Positions 1 to 9,354 of a DNA stretch of 64,000 nt are shown in pieces (position 1 is the stretch's first letter; every line of letters begins with the position of its first letter). Both the position numbers and the translations under genes were made by a program. The stretch lies in the sequence record OQ718158.1; one strand, written 5' to 3'. The notes under the pieces are model-generated. The model was given only the letters and a program-made list of their open reading frames with translations. It was not told where the DNA came from and ran no database searches. Source of the stretch: Escherichia phage vB_Ec-M-J.

Positions 1-52
1 AGTACCGATAGTGATGTTGATTGGATTGGTGTAAATTTACTGGAGTTGGAGA

Positions 53-337
53 ATGAAAAACAACTTAAAGGAAATACAAGTATTTTATAAATTCTTATAC
101 TTGTCATATGTAAAAGATGAGTACTATGAAAGTGTGTATTATTTTTTATGGCAACATTACCGTACTATAGTAAGAGATTTATATATAGGAAAATCTATCA
201 TATCCAATGGTGAAAAATGTATATGTACTGATGTTGTTAGTTTTAATGGTTCTTTAACACTGTGTTTCAGATGCGATAATAATAGTGGGTCATTTTCATT
301 AAACGTATATCAGTTAGAAGGAATAAATTTTGAATAA
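53..337 (+). CDS. hypothetical protein
   Basis: ORF from track; GGAG upstream of ATG. A frame-1 ORF running off the window start (1..90) overlaps, so the start is uncertain. Confidence 0.4.
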   Translation: MKNNLKEIQVFYKFLYLSYVKDEYYESVYYFLWQHYRTIVRDLYIGKSIISNGEKCICTDVVSFNGSLTLCFRCDNNSGSFSLNVYQLEGINFE

Positions 338-530
338 ATGTCCATATTGCAACAGTACTCAATTAGCTCGTTTCCGTTTAGATTCAGACTGGGCCACTGG
401 TGCTGGTGATTTCTTTCCCATCAATGATGATTCGGAATACACTGAAGAACAGCACAAAGATTTTGATAAATCATGGCGACCTGACATTGAGTGCATTTAT
501 TGCCTTAATTGTGAGCGTATCCATGACTAA
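330..530 (+). CDS. small zinc-ribbon protein (CPYC...CIYCLNC)
   Basis: Two CxxC pairs; TTG start with AAGGA RBS 8 nt upstream. Confidence 0.35.
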   Translation: MNKCPYCNSTQLARFRLDSDWATGAGDFFPINDDSEYTEEQHKDFDKSWRPDIECIYCLNCERIHD

Positions 531-786
531 AGCTGAACTGATCGTGCAAACACTGCGTTTATTGAGGGATTTAGATATCCCACGCATGGATGTGAAACTT
601 GAAGATATCTACATTGAATCTCTTAGTGAAGATTACACCGATACCGTAATGATGCTGAATGACGTGCTTTATCGTATAGATAGCATCAGTCGTCTTGGAA
701 GTACTTTAAAAGTGAATATGGAAAGAGTTGATAAACTTTACGTACATATATATAGTCTACCCATTTCAATATTAAACTATAGATGA
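523..786 (+). CDS. hypothetical protein
   Basis: Internal ATG at 523 of track ORF 400..786 (MTKAEL...), overlapping the previous stop; the longer N-terminus would overlap the upstream gene. Confidence 0.4.
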   Translation: MTKAELIVQTLRLLRDLDIPRMDVKLEDIYIESLSEDYTDTVMMLNDVLYRIDSISRLGSTLKVNMERVDKLYVHIYSLPISILNYR

Positions 787-1073
787 ATATTATATTGATA
801 CAAAAAACATATGCGTTATTGATGAAAGAATATACTAATACTTATGATGAAAAGTGCAGTGCAAATCATAATATGTATAAATTCATCACTCAAGAGTACA
901 GGGATTATATATATGCTGCGTTAGTTGGTAGATATTTCAGTACTAAAAAACGTAAAGAACTCAAAGTTGTAGATATTACTTTTTTCTACAACGGGCATAT
1001 AACAATTCATGGTGTGGAACATAATTCACAAATATATCGTAACTACTCATCCAATGAGGTAACATTTTTATGA
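783..1073 (+). CDS. hypothetical protein
   Basis: Track ORF, + strand, tiles with neighbours. Confidence 0.45.
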   Translation: MNIILIQKTYALLMKEYTNTYDEKCSANHNMYKFITQEYRDYIYAALVGRYFSTKKRKELKVVDITFFYNGHITIHGVEHNSQIYRNYSSNEVTFL

Positions 1074-1243
1074 GAGCATTATTTTTTATCTGGAGTCTTT
1101 TTTCACTAGCAGTACTGACAGTAAGTGGGATTTGTTTCCTTTCGACAATGAATGTCTGGTACATTAATTTACTATTCCCATTCGTAGGTGTAGGTTTAGG
1201 ATTTACTTTACATAGTGTTTGTAAGGATTTTAATGGCAAATAA
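1070..1243 (+). CDS. small hydrophobic membrane protein (57 aa)
   Basis: Own translation: MRALFFIWSLFSLAVLTVSGICFLSTMNVWYINLLFPFVGVGLGFTLHSVCKDFNGK; ATGA overlap with upstream stop; below the 60-aa track cutoff. Confidence 0.3.
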   Translation: MRALFFIWSLFSLAVLTVSGICFLSTMNVWYINLLFPFVGVGLGFTLHSVCKDFNGK

Positions 1244-1517
1244 ATCGAATGAAGTACTTGTTGCTGAAACAATGAAGATGGTTTATGCCATAACAACTAG
1301 TAATGATTTGTCTTACCCAATTAAGTCCAAGTTGAGGGATATAACTCTTCAGGTTATACAGCAGTACTACAAATCTAAACACAAAAGTATTATTAATGTT
1401 TATCGTGACTATGAAAGGATTCGCATTTTGTTCTGGAACAAGAATCGAGTTCGTTCGGAATGTGATATAGAAAACTTTAAATTTGAGAATCTTTATTGTT
1501 ACAAAGCGGGACAATAG
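1236..1517 (+). CDS. hypothetical protein
   Basis: ATG at 1236 (MANKS...) with AAGGA RBS; inside track ORF 1215..1517. Confidence 0.45.
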   Translation, partial: ANKSNEVLVAETMKMVYAITTSNDLSYPIKSKLRDITLQVIQQYYKSKHKSIINVYRDYERIRILFWNKNRVRSECDIENFKFENLYCYKAGQ

Positions 1518-1535
1518 CTCAAGTAGTGATATAAT
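1508..1535 (+). promoter_or_regulatory. sigma70-like promoter, extended -10 (GGGACA-N16-TGaTATAAT)
   Basis: -35-like GGGACA 1508-1513, TG 1527-1528, TATAAT 1530-1535; same architecture recurs at 26524 and 48040. Confidence 0.55.
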
Positions 1536-1575
1536 ATTGGGTATGGAACAATAACTAACACAAGGAGTGTGTAAA

Positions 1576-2499
1576 GTGCCAAGTAAAAAGCCAGATTCTG
1601 AAGTATTCAGACTGGTTGATGAAAAATTGAGTTCAATTGGTTCATCGGTAAAAATGGATAGAACAACATACACAACCATATCAAACAAATCAACTTTTTT
1701 CTGTGATGAATGTGGGTTTAGTAAAAATATCATAGTTAGGAATGTGTACAAAAATGGAATATTTTGTCATTGTCCCACATTTAAAACTTTATATAATAAA
1801 TTGGGTGAAATTAATTCAAAATTAAAATTAGATATTTCCACATTCACAACTACAAAAAACAAATCTAGATTTTATTGTGACGATTGTGCGTTTGAAAGAT
1901 ATATGACGGTGCATGATGTTAAGTCTAGAGGTGCATATTGTAAATGTCATTCATTATATTGTATGCCGTTAGATATCGACGAAGCATATAACACTATTAT
2001 GAATAAAATAAAAGATTACTCAAATACAATACATATGGATAAATCTACATACCGTGGTACACAATATAAGGTTAGATTTTATTGTACAGAGTGTAATTTT
2101 GACAAATATATTAATTATAGTAGAGTTAAATGTGGAACTCTTAACTGCAATTGTATCAGACCAATCCCAGAAGAAAGTAAATTATATATTTTAGGAATAT
2201 ATGAACAAAATATTTTAATAAAATATAAAGTTGGTATTTCTACAAAGATTGATAAATCAAGACTAATTAGTATTAGGTCAAAAACTAATTTTATAGTAGA
2301 GGAATTATATTATTTTACTGGAAATACCGAAGTTATTAAAAGTGTAGAATATAATATTTTAAATCTGCTTAAAAATAGTAGTAAATTGTCAAAGGATTAT
2401 TTTGGCGATGGGTATACTGAAACATTTGATTTACAAGATATAAATCTTGTTATTGATTATGTATGTAAATGTTTACTCGAAAATAAATTAAAAATATGA
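1576..2499 (+). CDS. GIY-YIG-like nuclease domain protein with three tandem Cys-rich zinc-ribbon repeats (possible homing endonuclease)
   Basis: Three repeats of F[FY]C[DT][DE]C.F...C.C; C-terminal GIY...YKVGIS with downstream R/E/N; GTG start at 1576 with AAGGAG RBS. Confidence 0.5.
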   Translation: MPSKKPDSEVFRLVDEKLSSIGSSVKMDRTTYTTISNKSTFFCDECGFSKNIIVRNVYKNGIFCHCPTFKTLYNKLGEINSKLKLDISTFTTTKNKSRFYCDDCAFERYMTVHDVKSRGAYCKCHSLYCMPLDIDEAYNTIMNKIKDYSNTIHMDKSTYRGTQYKVRFYCTECNFDKYINYSRVKCGTLNCNCIRPIPEESKLYILGIYEQNILIKYKVGISTKIDKSRLISIRSKTNFIVEELYYFTGNTEVIKSVEYNILNLLKNSSKLSKDYFGDGYTETFDLQDINLVIDYVCKCLLENKLKI

Positions 2500-2524
2500 A
2501 AATCATAAACACAAGGAATGTGAA

Positions 2525-3253
2525 ATGATAGATAATATAAAATTTGCAACAGAAATGGCGAATCAACTCAATATAGCAAATTTTCAAATGTTAACATCTG
2601 TTATGGCTGAACATGCTGCTGCATATTCATCTAGTGGTATACAATGTGGACAAGCTAACATGTTAGCTGATGTTTATAGTGAAGTTCAAAGCAAACAATA
2701 TAGCGTGAAGACATACAAGGATAAGTTCGTAAGTCTTTATATGAATGAAGATATTTCAGAAGACCGCAAATTCACCGATTTTATTATTGAACGCCGTATT
2801 AGTGGGGTTTCAGACCCAAATGCAGAAAGTGATATTGTATTCGATGAGGTATTAAAAGATATATACGAAAATGAATTGAAAAGTAAGAATCATTACAATG
2901 TACGTGAAACTAACACAGTGCTAGTTGGATATGATGAAGACGAACAATATTTCTATTTTCGTATAACAGAAGTTCCATTTGAATATAAAAAACCAACCAC
3001 TACATCTGTAAAAGAATTCACTGAGAAGAGTAAAAACTTCAAGAAACACGAAGGAAACCGTTGTAGTATTAATGGTTATGATGAAAATGGTGTTCATGTT
3101 TATGAATGGGTTTCACCTAATTGCCAGACATACACCCGTTGCTTGAAGAAACGTTATAATTTAGAAGACAATGAATCCTTCTACTTTAAAGTTAAGAAAC
3201 AAGGTTATACTCGCCCTGAAGATTCAGAATTGATGGGTATGGTATATTTCTAA
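2525..3253 (+). CDS. hypothetical protein
   Basis: Track ORF; AAGGAA RBS; leader shares the aacacaaggaRtgtg motif with the 1576 gene. Confidence 0.6.
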   Translation: MIDNIKFATEMANQLNIANFQMLTSVMAEHAAAYSSSGIQCGQANMLADVYSEVQSKQYSVKTYKDKFVSLYMNEDISEDRKFTDFIIERRISGVSDPNAESDIVFDEVLKDIYENELKSKNHYNVRETNTVLVGYDEDEQYFYFRITEVPFEYKKPTTTSVKEFTEKSKNFKKHEGNRCSINGYDENGVHVYEWVSPNCQTYTRCLKKRYNLEDNESFYFKVKKQGYTRPEDSELMGMVYF

Positions 3254-3262
3254 GGAACTGTT

Positions 3263-3544
3263 ATGGATTTTTACCTACACACATGGTCATACGAACAATA
3301 CATTACATTATATCTTGAGATTATTAATACTGATCCCAGATATGGTTGTGATTTCGCTGATATTATAAAAGAGTATGCAGATGAGTTTGAGTTTGTATAT
3401 CTTGGTTCTGAACTATTTGTAAAGAGTGTAGGTAAAACCGGACGCATCACTGAAATTGATTATGATACTGTTAGTGTGAATTTCTATGTTGATTTTCCTT
3501 GTGATGGCGTTGATGGTGTATATTGTCTATATGAAATAATTTAA
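3263..3544 (+). CDS. hypothetical protein
   Basis: Track ORF followed by an intrinsic terminator. Confidence 0.55.
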   Translation: MDFYLHTWSYEQYITLYLEIINTDPRYGCDFADIIKEYADEFEFVYLGSELFVKSVGKTGRITEIDYDTVSVNFYVDFPCDGVDGVYCLYEII

Positions 3545-3551
3545 ATTTTAA

Positions 3552-3577
3552 GGCCAGCGTTTGCTGGTCTTTTTTCG
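3552..3577 (+). terminator. rho-independent terminator
   Basis: Hairpin CCAGC-GTTT-GCTGG followed by a T-run (3571-3576). Confidence 0.6.
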
Positions 3578-3588
3578 CAGGTACAAAG

Positions 3589-3891
3589 ATGCTCAGTATA
3601 GATTTAATTAACAGTACTATAAAGTTGTTGGCTGATGTAGTAAAAGAATCCAATGGAACTTTATACCCATCAATGTATAAAATCTTTGAACGATACATCA
3701 AGGATTGTAATATATCCTTATATGGACTGGCAGTTGATATAGACGACCACTATGAAATTAATACTTCATATAAAACTGGAATGTTAATTGGTATTAATAT
3801 AAAGATGGGATATTTTCCTTATTACTGTATAGGATTACCAGATAGTACTATGGTAGATTATCCAGCCAGTATTATTAAACTAAGAGGATAA
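3589..3891 (+). CDS. hypothetical protein
   Basis: Track ORF. Confidence 0.5.
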   Translation: MLSIDLINSTIKLLADVVKESNGTLYPSMYKIFERYIKDCNISLYGLAVDIDDHYEINTSYKTGMLIGINIKMGYFPYYCIGLPDSTMVDYPASIIKLRG

Positions 3892-3898
3892 AACTAAA

Positions 3899-4477
3899 AT
3901 GAATGTATTAGAATTATGTACTAAGCTGATTACTATGCGTAATGAGTGGTACGATTGGTTTTATAATGGTACTGATATGGATTTTTCAAAATATCCATTT
4001 ATGGAATCAGGATGTGATGCAAGATACCGCTGGTTGAGCAAAAGTGGTTCTGGTTTATTCATTCGAATTGATGATAGTGGTCAAGGAATTATAAAAGATT
4101 TAATTCGAGTTGAAGAACTCGTCCATGACAATTGGTGTGATAATGATCCATACCTTGGAAATATGATTTATGTAAGTAAAAATGATTGCATATTCGTTAT
4201 CCAGCGTCATGGTGATTCTATGTTTTATGTAGCAGACAACAGTACACCTGACGGTGCAGCAGCCAATGGACTTATGCCTAAGATTGATATATTGAAATTT
4301 GGATTACCTGAGCACTTCCAGATTAGTACTTTATACGATATTCCACCACTTGAGTTCTTTGAAGAATTTAAATTGTACTTCAATGATCTTCAAAAATTGA
4401 GTACTGATCGACGCATGGAAATAACTGTTAAGTACATGGACGGAACGAAATTAACCGATACGGGGATAGAATTTTGA
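3899..4477 (+). CDS. hypothetical protein
   Basis: Track ORF; AGAGGA RBS. Confidence 0.6.
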   Translation: MNVLELCTKLITMRNEWYDWFYNGTDMDFSKYPFMESGCDARYRWLSKSGSGLFIRIDDSGQGIIKDLIRVEELVHDNWCDNDPYLGNMIYVSKNDCIFVIQRHGDSMFYVADNSTPDGAAANGLMPKIDILKFGLPEHFQISTLYDIPPLEFFEEFKLYFNDLQKLSTDRRMEITVKYMDGTKLTDTGIEF

Positions 4478-5163
4478 TTAAAGATTTAGATAGAATTTTA
4501 TATGTACTGAGAGGTGTAATTACATTACAACCACAGGTTAATCGTATGGAGAGAGCCTTTGAATTAAAATCAAGAGAAACTCCATATTCACATATATCAA
4601 ATGTAGTTGGATCATTCAGTACTGAAGACTCGCCTTATGATATTTGTGTATGTGAAGTACAGCCAAGTTCGGATCTTGGATTTGCTATTTTTGATAAAAA
4701 TCAAAATCTCATTAGTATGTTTCAGTGCAATAATCCTTTTTGGAAAACATGCCTGTATCCAGAGTGGGCTATGCTTGATCCAACAAAGAGTTCCATTAAA
4801 GTATATGACTCTAAAAATGATGAAGTCGTTATTGATTTGGATGAGTCAATGTCAGAGGAAGAACACTTTCAGCTAATGATGATGCGTGCTATGCCTGAGT
4901 ACAATGCAATGATTAACACTGTGCAATACATTAAGGATACCATGCCATCGTTGCGTACACATGAGTTTTGTCATCCGGTATTGTATGAACATTTGGATTT
5001 AGATTTCAGTACTATTAAATTTAAAGATAATGTTATTAATTACATTCAAGAGAATGTTAAATTTGATTTTATTAGTACAATGACAAATAATCCAAATACT
5101 AATTTCAGGCATCAGTACAATGAATCTTTGTCTGGTGGTCGTGATACAACTTGGTGGAAATAA
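4474..5163 (+). CDS. hypothetical protein
   Basis: Track ORF; ATGA overlap with upstream gene. Confidence 0.55.
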   Translation: MIKDLDRILYVLRGVITLQPQVNRMERAFELKSRETPYSHISNVVGSFSTEDSPYDICVCEVQPSSDLGFAIFDKNQNLISMFQCNNPFWKTCLYPEWAMLDPTKSSIKVYDSKNDEVVIDLDESMSEEEHFQLMMMRAMPEYNAMINTVQYIKDTMPSLRTHEFCHPVLYEHLDLDFSTIKFKDNVINYIQENVKFDFISTMTNNPNTNFRHQYNESLSGGRDTTWWK

Positions 5164-5164
5164 T

Positions 5165-5428
5165 ATGAATATCCAAGATAGATTGCAATTGTTGCACACA
5201 CTTGAAGAAGCTGCTTTTGAACTTGTTAATAAAATTGCACAAGAACTCCCAAAAGGAACCAAAGTTCGTGTTCGTGAAATGGATTATTTAACGGGAAAAA
5301 TTGATGAAAAAGTTCTAACAGTGATCAAAGTAACATACTATGAATCAGAGTTATCAATTCAATGTAATTCAGATAATGGTTACGTTTCCTACTATGGTAC
5401 AGATGTAGATATAGAGGTAATAAAATGA
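5165..5428 (+). CDS. hypothetical protein
   Basis: ATG at 5165 directly after the upstream stop; inside track ORF 5120..5428. Confidence 0.5.
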   Translation: MNIQDRLQLLHTLEEAAFELVNKIAQELPKGTKVRVREMDYLTGKIDEKVLTVIKVTYYESELSIQCNSDNGYVSYYGTDVDIEVIK

Positions 5429-6567
5429 CCCTTTTACAAATATATGAAGATTTAATGCACTTATGTAATACCCGTGATGCTTTCTTTTATGTGGATCATA
5501 AAAGTCCTGCTGGTGGAACATATCGTGTATTCAGTTATCGTCTAGCATCATATACCGATTTCATGCAACCCAATGCATTAGAAACCCGTGGTTCTATGTG
5601 GGAAATTGATGAAGACGGTGATATGATTCGTTGTGCTGCTCGTACTATGAAAAAGTTCTTCAATGCTTACGAAAATCCTGCTACAATGTTCCCTGCTGAT
5701 ACCTCATTCGATGACATTGCAGTAGTGATGCCTAAGTTGGATGGTTCAGTAATCAGTACTTACCGTGATAATGATGGTGTAATTCGTTGTAAATCACATA
5801 CTGCATTGTATTCAGACCATGCGATTAACAGTACTCGTCTTCTCAATGAGAACCAAAATTTGTATCAATACATTGACGAAGCAGACCGTTTGGGCTATAC
5901 TGTTAATCTGGAGTATACAAGTCCAGAGTACCGTATTGTATTACCATATCAGGTTGAACAATTATTTGTACTAAACGTTCGCAATCGTAAGAGTGGTGAA
6001 CTATTATGTGGTTCTGCATTACGTAATAAGTTCCCATGCCTTGCACAGTACAGTACTAACATGACAGGTAAAGATATTCATTACACTTTCCCTGCTCGTG
6101 CTACATTCAAAGAAAGTGTTGAAGAAGTTAAGAAAATGCTTGACATTGAAGGTTTTGTGTGCATCCTAAATAATGGTACAATGTGCAAAATCAAAACCGA
6201 CTGGTATTGTTCTTTGCATTTAACGAAAGACAGTATTATAATCGATTCCCATTTATATGAAGCTGTATTAAATGGTTCGAGTGATGATTTAAAACAGTTG
6301 TTCAGTACTGACGAATATGCTACCCAAAAGATATTAAGAATGGAACAACTAGTCTTTTCGTGCTATAATGCTTTACAAGATGAAGTTGAAAGCTTCGTCA
6401 AGGAACACAAGCACTTGGAGCGAAAGGAATTCGCTAAGAAGGTTCAGGAGTGTTTAACTAATGAACTGAATCGTCAGGGCTTGGCCTTTGCAATGTACAA
6501 CAATAAGAAAGTCGATTACAAAGAGACTCTTATTAAGTACATGAAAATTGTACTAAAGGATTTTTAG
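5425..6567 (+). CDS. rnlA: RNA ligase 1 (T4 RnlA-like)
   Basis: Recalled similarity to T4 Rnl1 along the N-terminal half (GTYRVFSY, KFFN, KLDGS lysine-adenylation motif, VKSDWY-like segment). Confidence 0.85.
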   Translation: MTLLQIYEDLMHLCNTRDAFFYVDHKSPAGGTYRVFSYRLASYTDFMQPNALETRGSMWEIDEDGDMIRCAARTMKKFFNAYENPATMFPADTSFDDIAVVMPKLDGSVISTYRDNDGVIRCKSHTALYSDHAINSTRLLNENQNLYQYIDEADRLGYTVNLEYTSPEYRIVLPYQVEQLFVLNVRNRKSGELLCGSALRNKFPCLAQYSTNMTGKDIHYTFPARATFKESVEEVKKMLDIEGFVCILNNGTMCKIKTDWYCSLHLTKDSIIIDSHLYEAVLNGSSDDLKQLFSTDEYATQKILRMEQLVFSCYNALQDEVESFVKEHKHLERKEFAKKVQECLTNELNRQGLAFAMYNNKKVDYKETLIKYMKIVLKDF

Positions 6568-6596
6568 TACTATCTAGCCTAGCACAAGGAGAAGTG

Positions 6597-6851
6597 ATGG
6601 CTAAACCTAAGTATAAAAATGACGGTTCCCTTTCTCCGACAGAATTCAGGAAAATACAAGAAGAAATCGATGAATTACAGCACAAACGCTCTAAGAAAGG
6701 TGTGAAGATTAGTAAGAAACGAATCGAGAATACTTTCGGGTGTAGTAGTACTGAATACAAGAAGAAAAGGAAACCAAAAGGTGTTAAGCCGAGAATACAT
6801 GATGTAACTCGCTATACATCGAAACGTGAAAATAAATTCGACCCACTATAA
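6597..6851 (+). CDS. hypothetical basic protein
   Basis: Lys/Arg-rich ORF; AAGGAG RBS. Confidence 0.5.
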   Translation: MAKPKYKNDGSLSPTEFRKIQEEIDELQHKRSKKGVKISKKRIENTFGCSSTEYKKKRKPKGVKPRIHDVTRYTSKRENKFDPL

Positions 6852-6860
6852 GGAGTTCAT

Positions 6861-7097
6861 ATGAAAGTTGAAGTTCAGCATAGTATTGTTCAGGATATGT
6901 CAGTAGTTAAATTTCTTTCCTTGAAAGATTATTTCAGATGTATCAAGTTCCTAGAAGAATCTCAATTACAGTGGACCCCATTAAAGTACAGTTCATCCAA
7001 TGATACTGCTAGTATTCGTTGTGATGAATCTGTACTTGTGAAAATCTCCAAGCGATTTGGGATTGGAAAATACAATGATAAACAATGCACAAAGTAA
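6861..7097 (+). CDS. hypothetical protein
   Basis: Track ORF; AAGGAG RBS. Confidence 0.5.
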   Translation: MKVEVQHSIVQDMSVVKFLSLKDYFRCIKFLEESQLQWTPLKYSSSNDTASIRCDESVLVKISKRFGIGKYNDKQCTK

Positions 7098-7386
7098 TTT
7101 GCTATATATAAAGTCAGTTGAAGCTGAAATTAAAAATTCAGTTCAAACTATCGTCGAGGAAATGATTGACAAATACAAGAGCAATCTTATTGGAAAGAAA
7201 GTCAGATGTTGGGATTACACATTCAAACACTGGTACGATTCCGAGATTGTGAAAGTTGATGTGAATACTGATAGTAATGGTCTAATTAATGGTATTGCGT
7301 ATGTTGGTGTTTTAATACGCAAGGGAACGCCACAGGAATGGCTCACCTATCATAATATAGAGCATGTTAAATTTATAGAGGATTAA
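7075..7386 (+). CDS. hypothetical protein
   Basis: In-frame ATG at 7075 of track ORF 7057..7386; start uncertain. Confidence 0.4.
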   Translation: MINNAQSNLLYIKSVEAEIKNSVQTIVEEMIDKYKSNLIGKKVRCWDYTFKHWYDSEIVKVDVNTDSNGLINGIAYVGVLIRKGTPQEWLTYHNIEHVKFIED

Positions 7387-7389
7387 AGG

Positions 7390-8322
7390 ATGCCAACTAT
7401 CACACTAACAGTTGGATTGCCTGGGTGTGGTAAAACTACATGGGCAGTGCAAGAGATTAAAAAAGCCAAATCCAAGACTATCAACATCAACCGTGATGAT
7501 ATTCGTGAATCTATGGCTGGGTCACATGATGCTTACAAATTCAACGATGCTAATGAGCAGTACGTAACTAATTTACAGTTCAGTGCAGCAAATTCAGCCG
7601 CAGAGAATGGTTGGAACATCATCATATCCGATACGAACCTTAAACAACATTTCCGTAATCTATGGAAAGTATGGGCTATAGATAATGGTTATGATTACAA
7701 AGAAAAGAATTTCTATGATGATTTTGTACCTAATGAAGACCGTGGTGCAGATGTTCATGAATTCTTTAAGATTAAAGAGTTCGTAAAACTTTGTAAGAAA
7801 TATAACCTCCAGCGTGAGCGTTCAGTACAAGATAATATCATTGACACTATGGCAGATACGTACTATTATAGTAAGGCATTACACATTGGTTACTATGGTA
7901 ATTCACGAGAAGCTGCTATTATCGTTGATATCGACGGTACTCTTGCTCATAAATGGGGACGTAACCCGTTCGATGAAAGTACTGTACTCCAGGATACACC
8001 AGACGAAGAAGTTATTTTGTCGATTATCGCAGAAGCAGTTTTTCATAAACGCAAGATTATCGTCATGAGTGGGCGTACTGAAGGGTGTCGTGCTGATACC
8101 GAACAGTGGCTTAAGAATTGGGGTGTTCCTTACGATGCGTTGTTTATGCGAGGCATCGATGATAAACGTCCTGATGATGTTGTTAAATTCGACCTGTACA
8201 TGAAAAATGTGGTTGATCATTACGATGTTAAAAAGGTTTATGATGACCGCAATCAAGTTGTTTTTATGTGGCGTAAGCTACTTGGGTTGAAAGTTTTCCA
8301 AGTGGCAGAAGGAAATTTCTAA
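7390..8322 (+). CDS. pseT: polynucleotide 5'-kinase / 3'-phosphatase (T4 PseT-like)
   Basis: N-terminal P-loop GLPGCGKTT; HAD-type phosphatase motif DIDGT; C-terminal WQVA..G.F as in T4 Pnk. Confidence 0.9.
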   Translation: MPTITLTVGLPGCGKTTWAVQEIKKAKSKTININRDDIRESMAGSHDAYKFNDANEQYVTNLQFSAANSAAENGWNIIISDTNLKQHFRNLWKVWAIDNGYDYKEKNFYDDFVPNEDRGADVHEFFKIKEFVKLCKKYNLQRERSVQDNIIDTMADTYYYSKALHIGYYGNSREAAIIVDIDGTLAHKWGRNPFDESTVLQDTPDEEVILSIIAEAVFHKRKIIVMSGRTEGCRADTEQWLKNWGVPYDALFMRGIDDKRPDDVVKFDLYMKNVVDHYDVKKVYDDRNQVVFMWRKLLGLKVFQVAEGNF

Positions 8323-8325
8323 TAC

Positions 8326-8357
8326 AAAAGGGATCATATATTGGTCCCTTTTTCTTT
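8326..8357 (+). terminator. rho-independent terminator
   Basis: AAGGGA...TCCCTT hairpin followed by TTTCTTTT. Confidence 0.5.
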
Positions 8358-8379
8358 TAAGGTACATTATAGTGAATGT

Positions 8380-8538
8380 AACAACACAGATGTTATTACG
8401 AAAAGACTACTTAGAAAATATAGAAAGATACTACAGAATGTCTTTGTATGAAAATAAACATAAAAATTATAATTTTAATAAACTACTAAATTCCAGTACT
8501 GAAGATTATCTATTTTCATCAATGTTTTATGTGAGAGG
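8380..8538 (+). CDS. small hypothetical protein (52 aa)
   Basis: Own translation of an otherwise unannotated 190-bp gap. Confidence 0.25.
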
Positions 8539-8547
8539 ATTATTGTA

Positions 8548-8808
8548 ATGGATAAATTTCACACAGATATATCACAGATAGGTAATCTTATCAATAGTCT
8601 AATTACTGATTTAGAAGAAAAGTACTTAGGACGAAATGTATACTTAGAAATGTATGAAACATATGGTGTTATTGATATGATTTATTACAGTGCATTGAAG
8701 TATGAAATACGTTTAACTGTATGTTTATATGAAAAAGGTACATTTAAAAGAAGTACTGCAATTCGTCAAGTTGGAGTTGATGACATGGAATTATACGAGG
8801 AACACTGA
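8548..8808 (+). CDS. hypothetical protein
   Basis: Track ORF; GAGAGGA RBS. Confidence 0.5.
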   Translation: MDKFHTDISQIGNLINSLITDLEEKYLGRNVYLEMYETYGVIDMIYYSALKYEIRLTVCLYEKGTFKRSTAIRQVGVDDMELYEEH

Positions 8809-9059
8809 TGTTTGAGCAGGACTTAGAGCTATTCAAAAGTTATGTCGAGTACTTAGTTACATTAGAAAAAGAGCTAACGACAAAGTACAAAGGTATTCGT
8901 GTTCTGTGCTGGTATGATGATTCGGATTATAAACGTGAACTCACCATTGACCGAATCTATTTCATCGACGGTGTATTGAATGTGCATGGTGTAAATGATT
9001 TTGGACATTCATATACTTATTCGAATAATGCTAAATTCAAGAGGATTGACAATGAATGA
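8808..9059 (+). CDS. hypothetical protein
   Basis: Track ORF. Confidence 0.5.
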   Translation: MFEQDLELFKSYVEYLVTLEKELTTKYKGIRVLCWYDDSDYKRELTIDRIYFIDGVLNVHGVNDFGHSYTYSNNAKFKRIDNE

Positions 9060-9354
9060 GTACTATCAAAATTTATTCAATTACATAAAACTAATAGATG
9101 ATCTTGCTTTCGATTTTCTTAGTACTGATAAAGTTGGTGAGCCTTTATATTATGATTGTATTGGAACACTTTGTTCAGATGAAAAGAATATATTAGAAAA
9201 TAAATTACCGTCATCACAGTGCTTAATCAATGGTTCCAAAGCAGTAATAACTGATGTTAATTTTTATAAATCTCTTAATACTATTTGTTATGTATTCAAT
9301 AACACTGTGTTTAAACATGTAACAAGTAATATTAAATCTGTGAGGTTCTTATGA
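9052..9354 (+). CDS. hypothetical protein
   Basis: ATG at 9052 (MNEYYQ) within track ORF 8995..9354. Confidence 0.5.
   Translation: MNEYYQNLFNYIKLIDDLAFDFLSTDKVGEPLYYDCIGTLCSDEKNILENKLPSSQCLINGSKAVITDVNFYKSLNTICYVFNNTVFKHVTSNIKSVRFL

Noticed and set aside
1-90. Frame-1 ORF running off the window start (…STDSDVDWIGVNLLELENEKQLKGNTSIL)
   Set aside because: Only 29 codons visible with no start; cannot distinguish a real upstream gene end from chance.
400-786. Long N-terminal extensions of track ORFs (e.g. 400..786, 5120..5428, 11389..11718, 18379..18708, 30715..31116, 61891..62697)
   Set aside because: The extension overlaps the upstream gene or a terminator hairpin; an internal ATG with better RBS spacing was used.
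1230-1751. Minus-strand ORFs overlapping + strand genes (e.g. 976..1296, 1230..1751, 3471..3701, 7903..8256, 9737..10078, 25939..26295, 63579..63950)
   Set aside because: They lie antisense within better-supported + strand genes, lack RBS context and carry no motifs; typical AT-rich antisense ORFs.
4607-4876. Internal alternative-frame + strand ORFs (e.g. 4607..4876, 7814..8068, 13456..13653, 16213..16404, 22563..22814, 25092..25325, 50456..50869, 63091..63393)
   Set aside because: Fully nested out of frame inside longer, motif-bearing or better-tiling genes.
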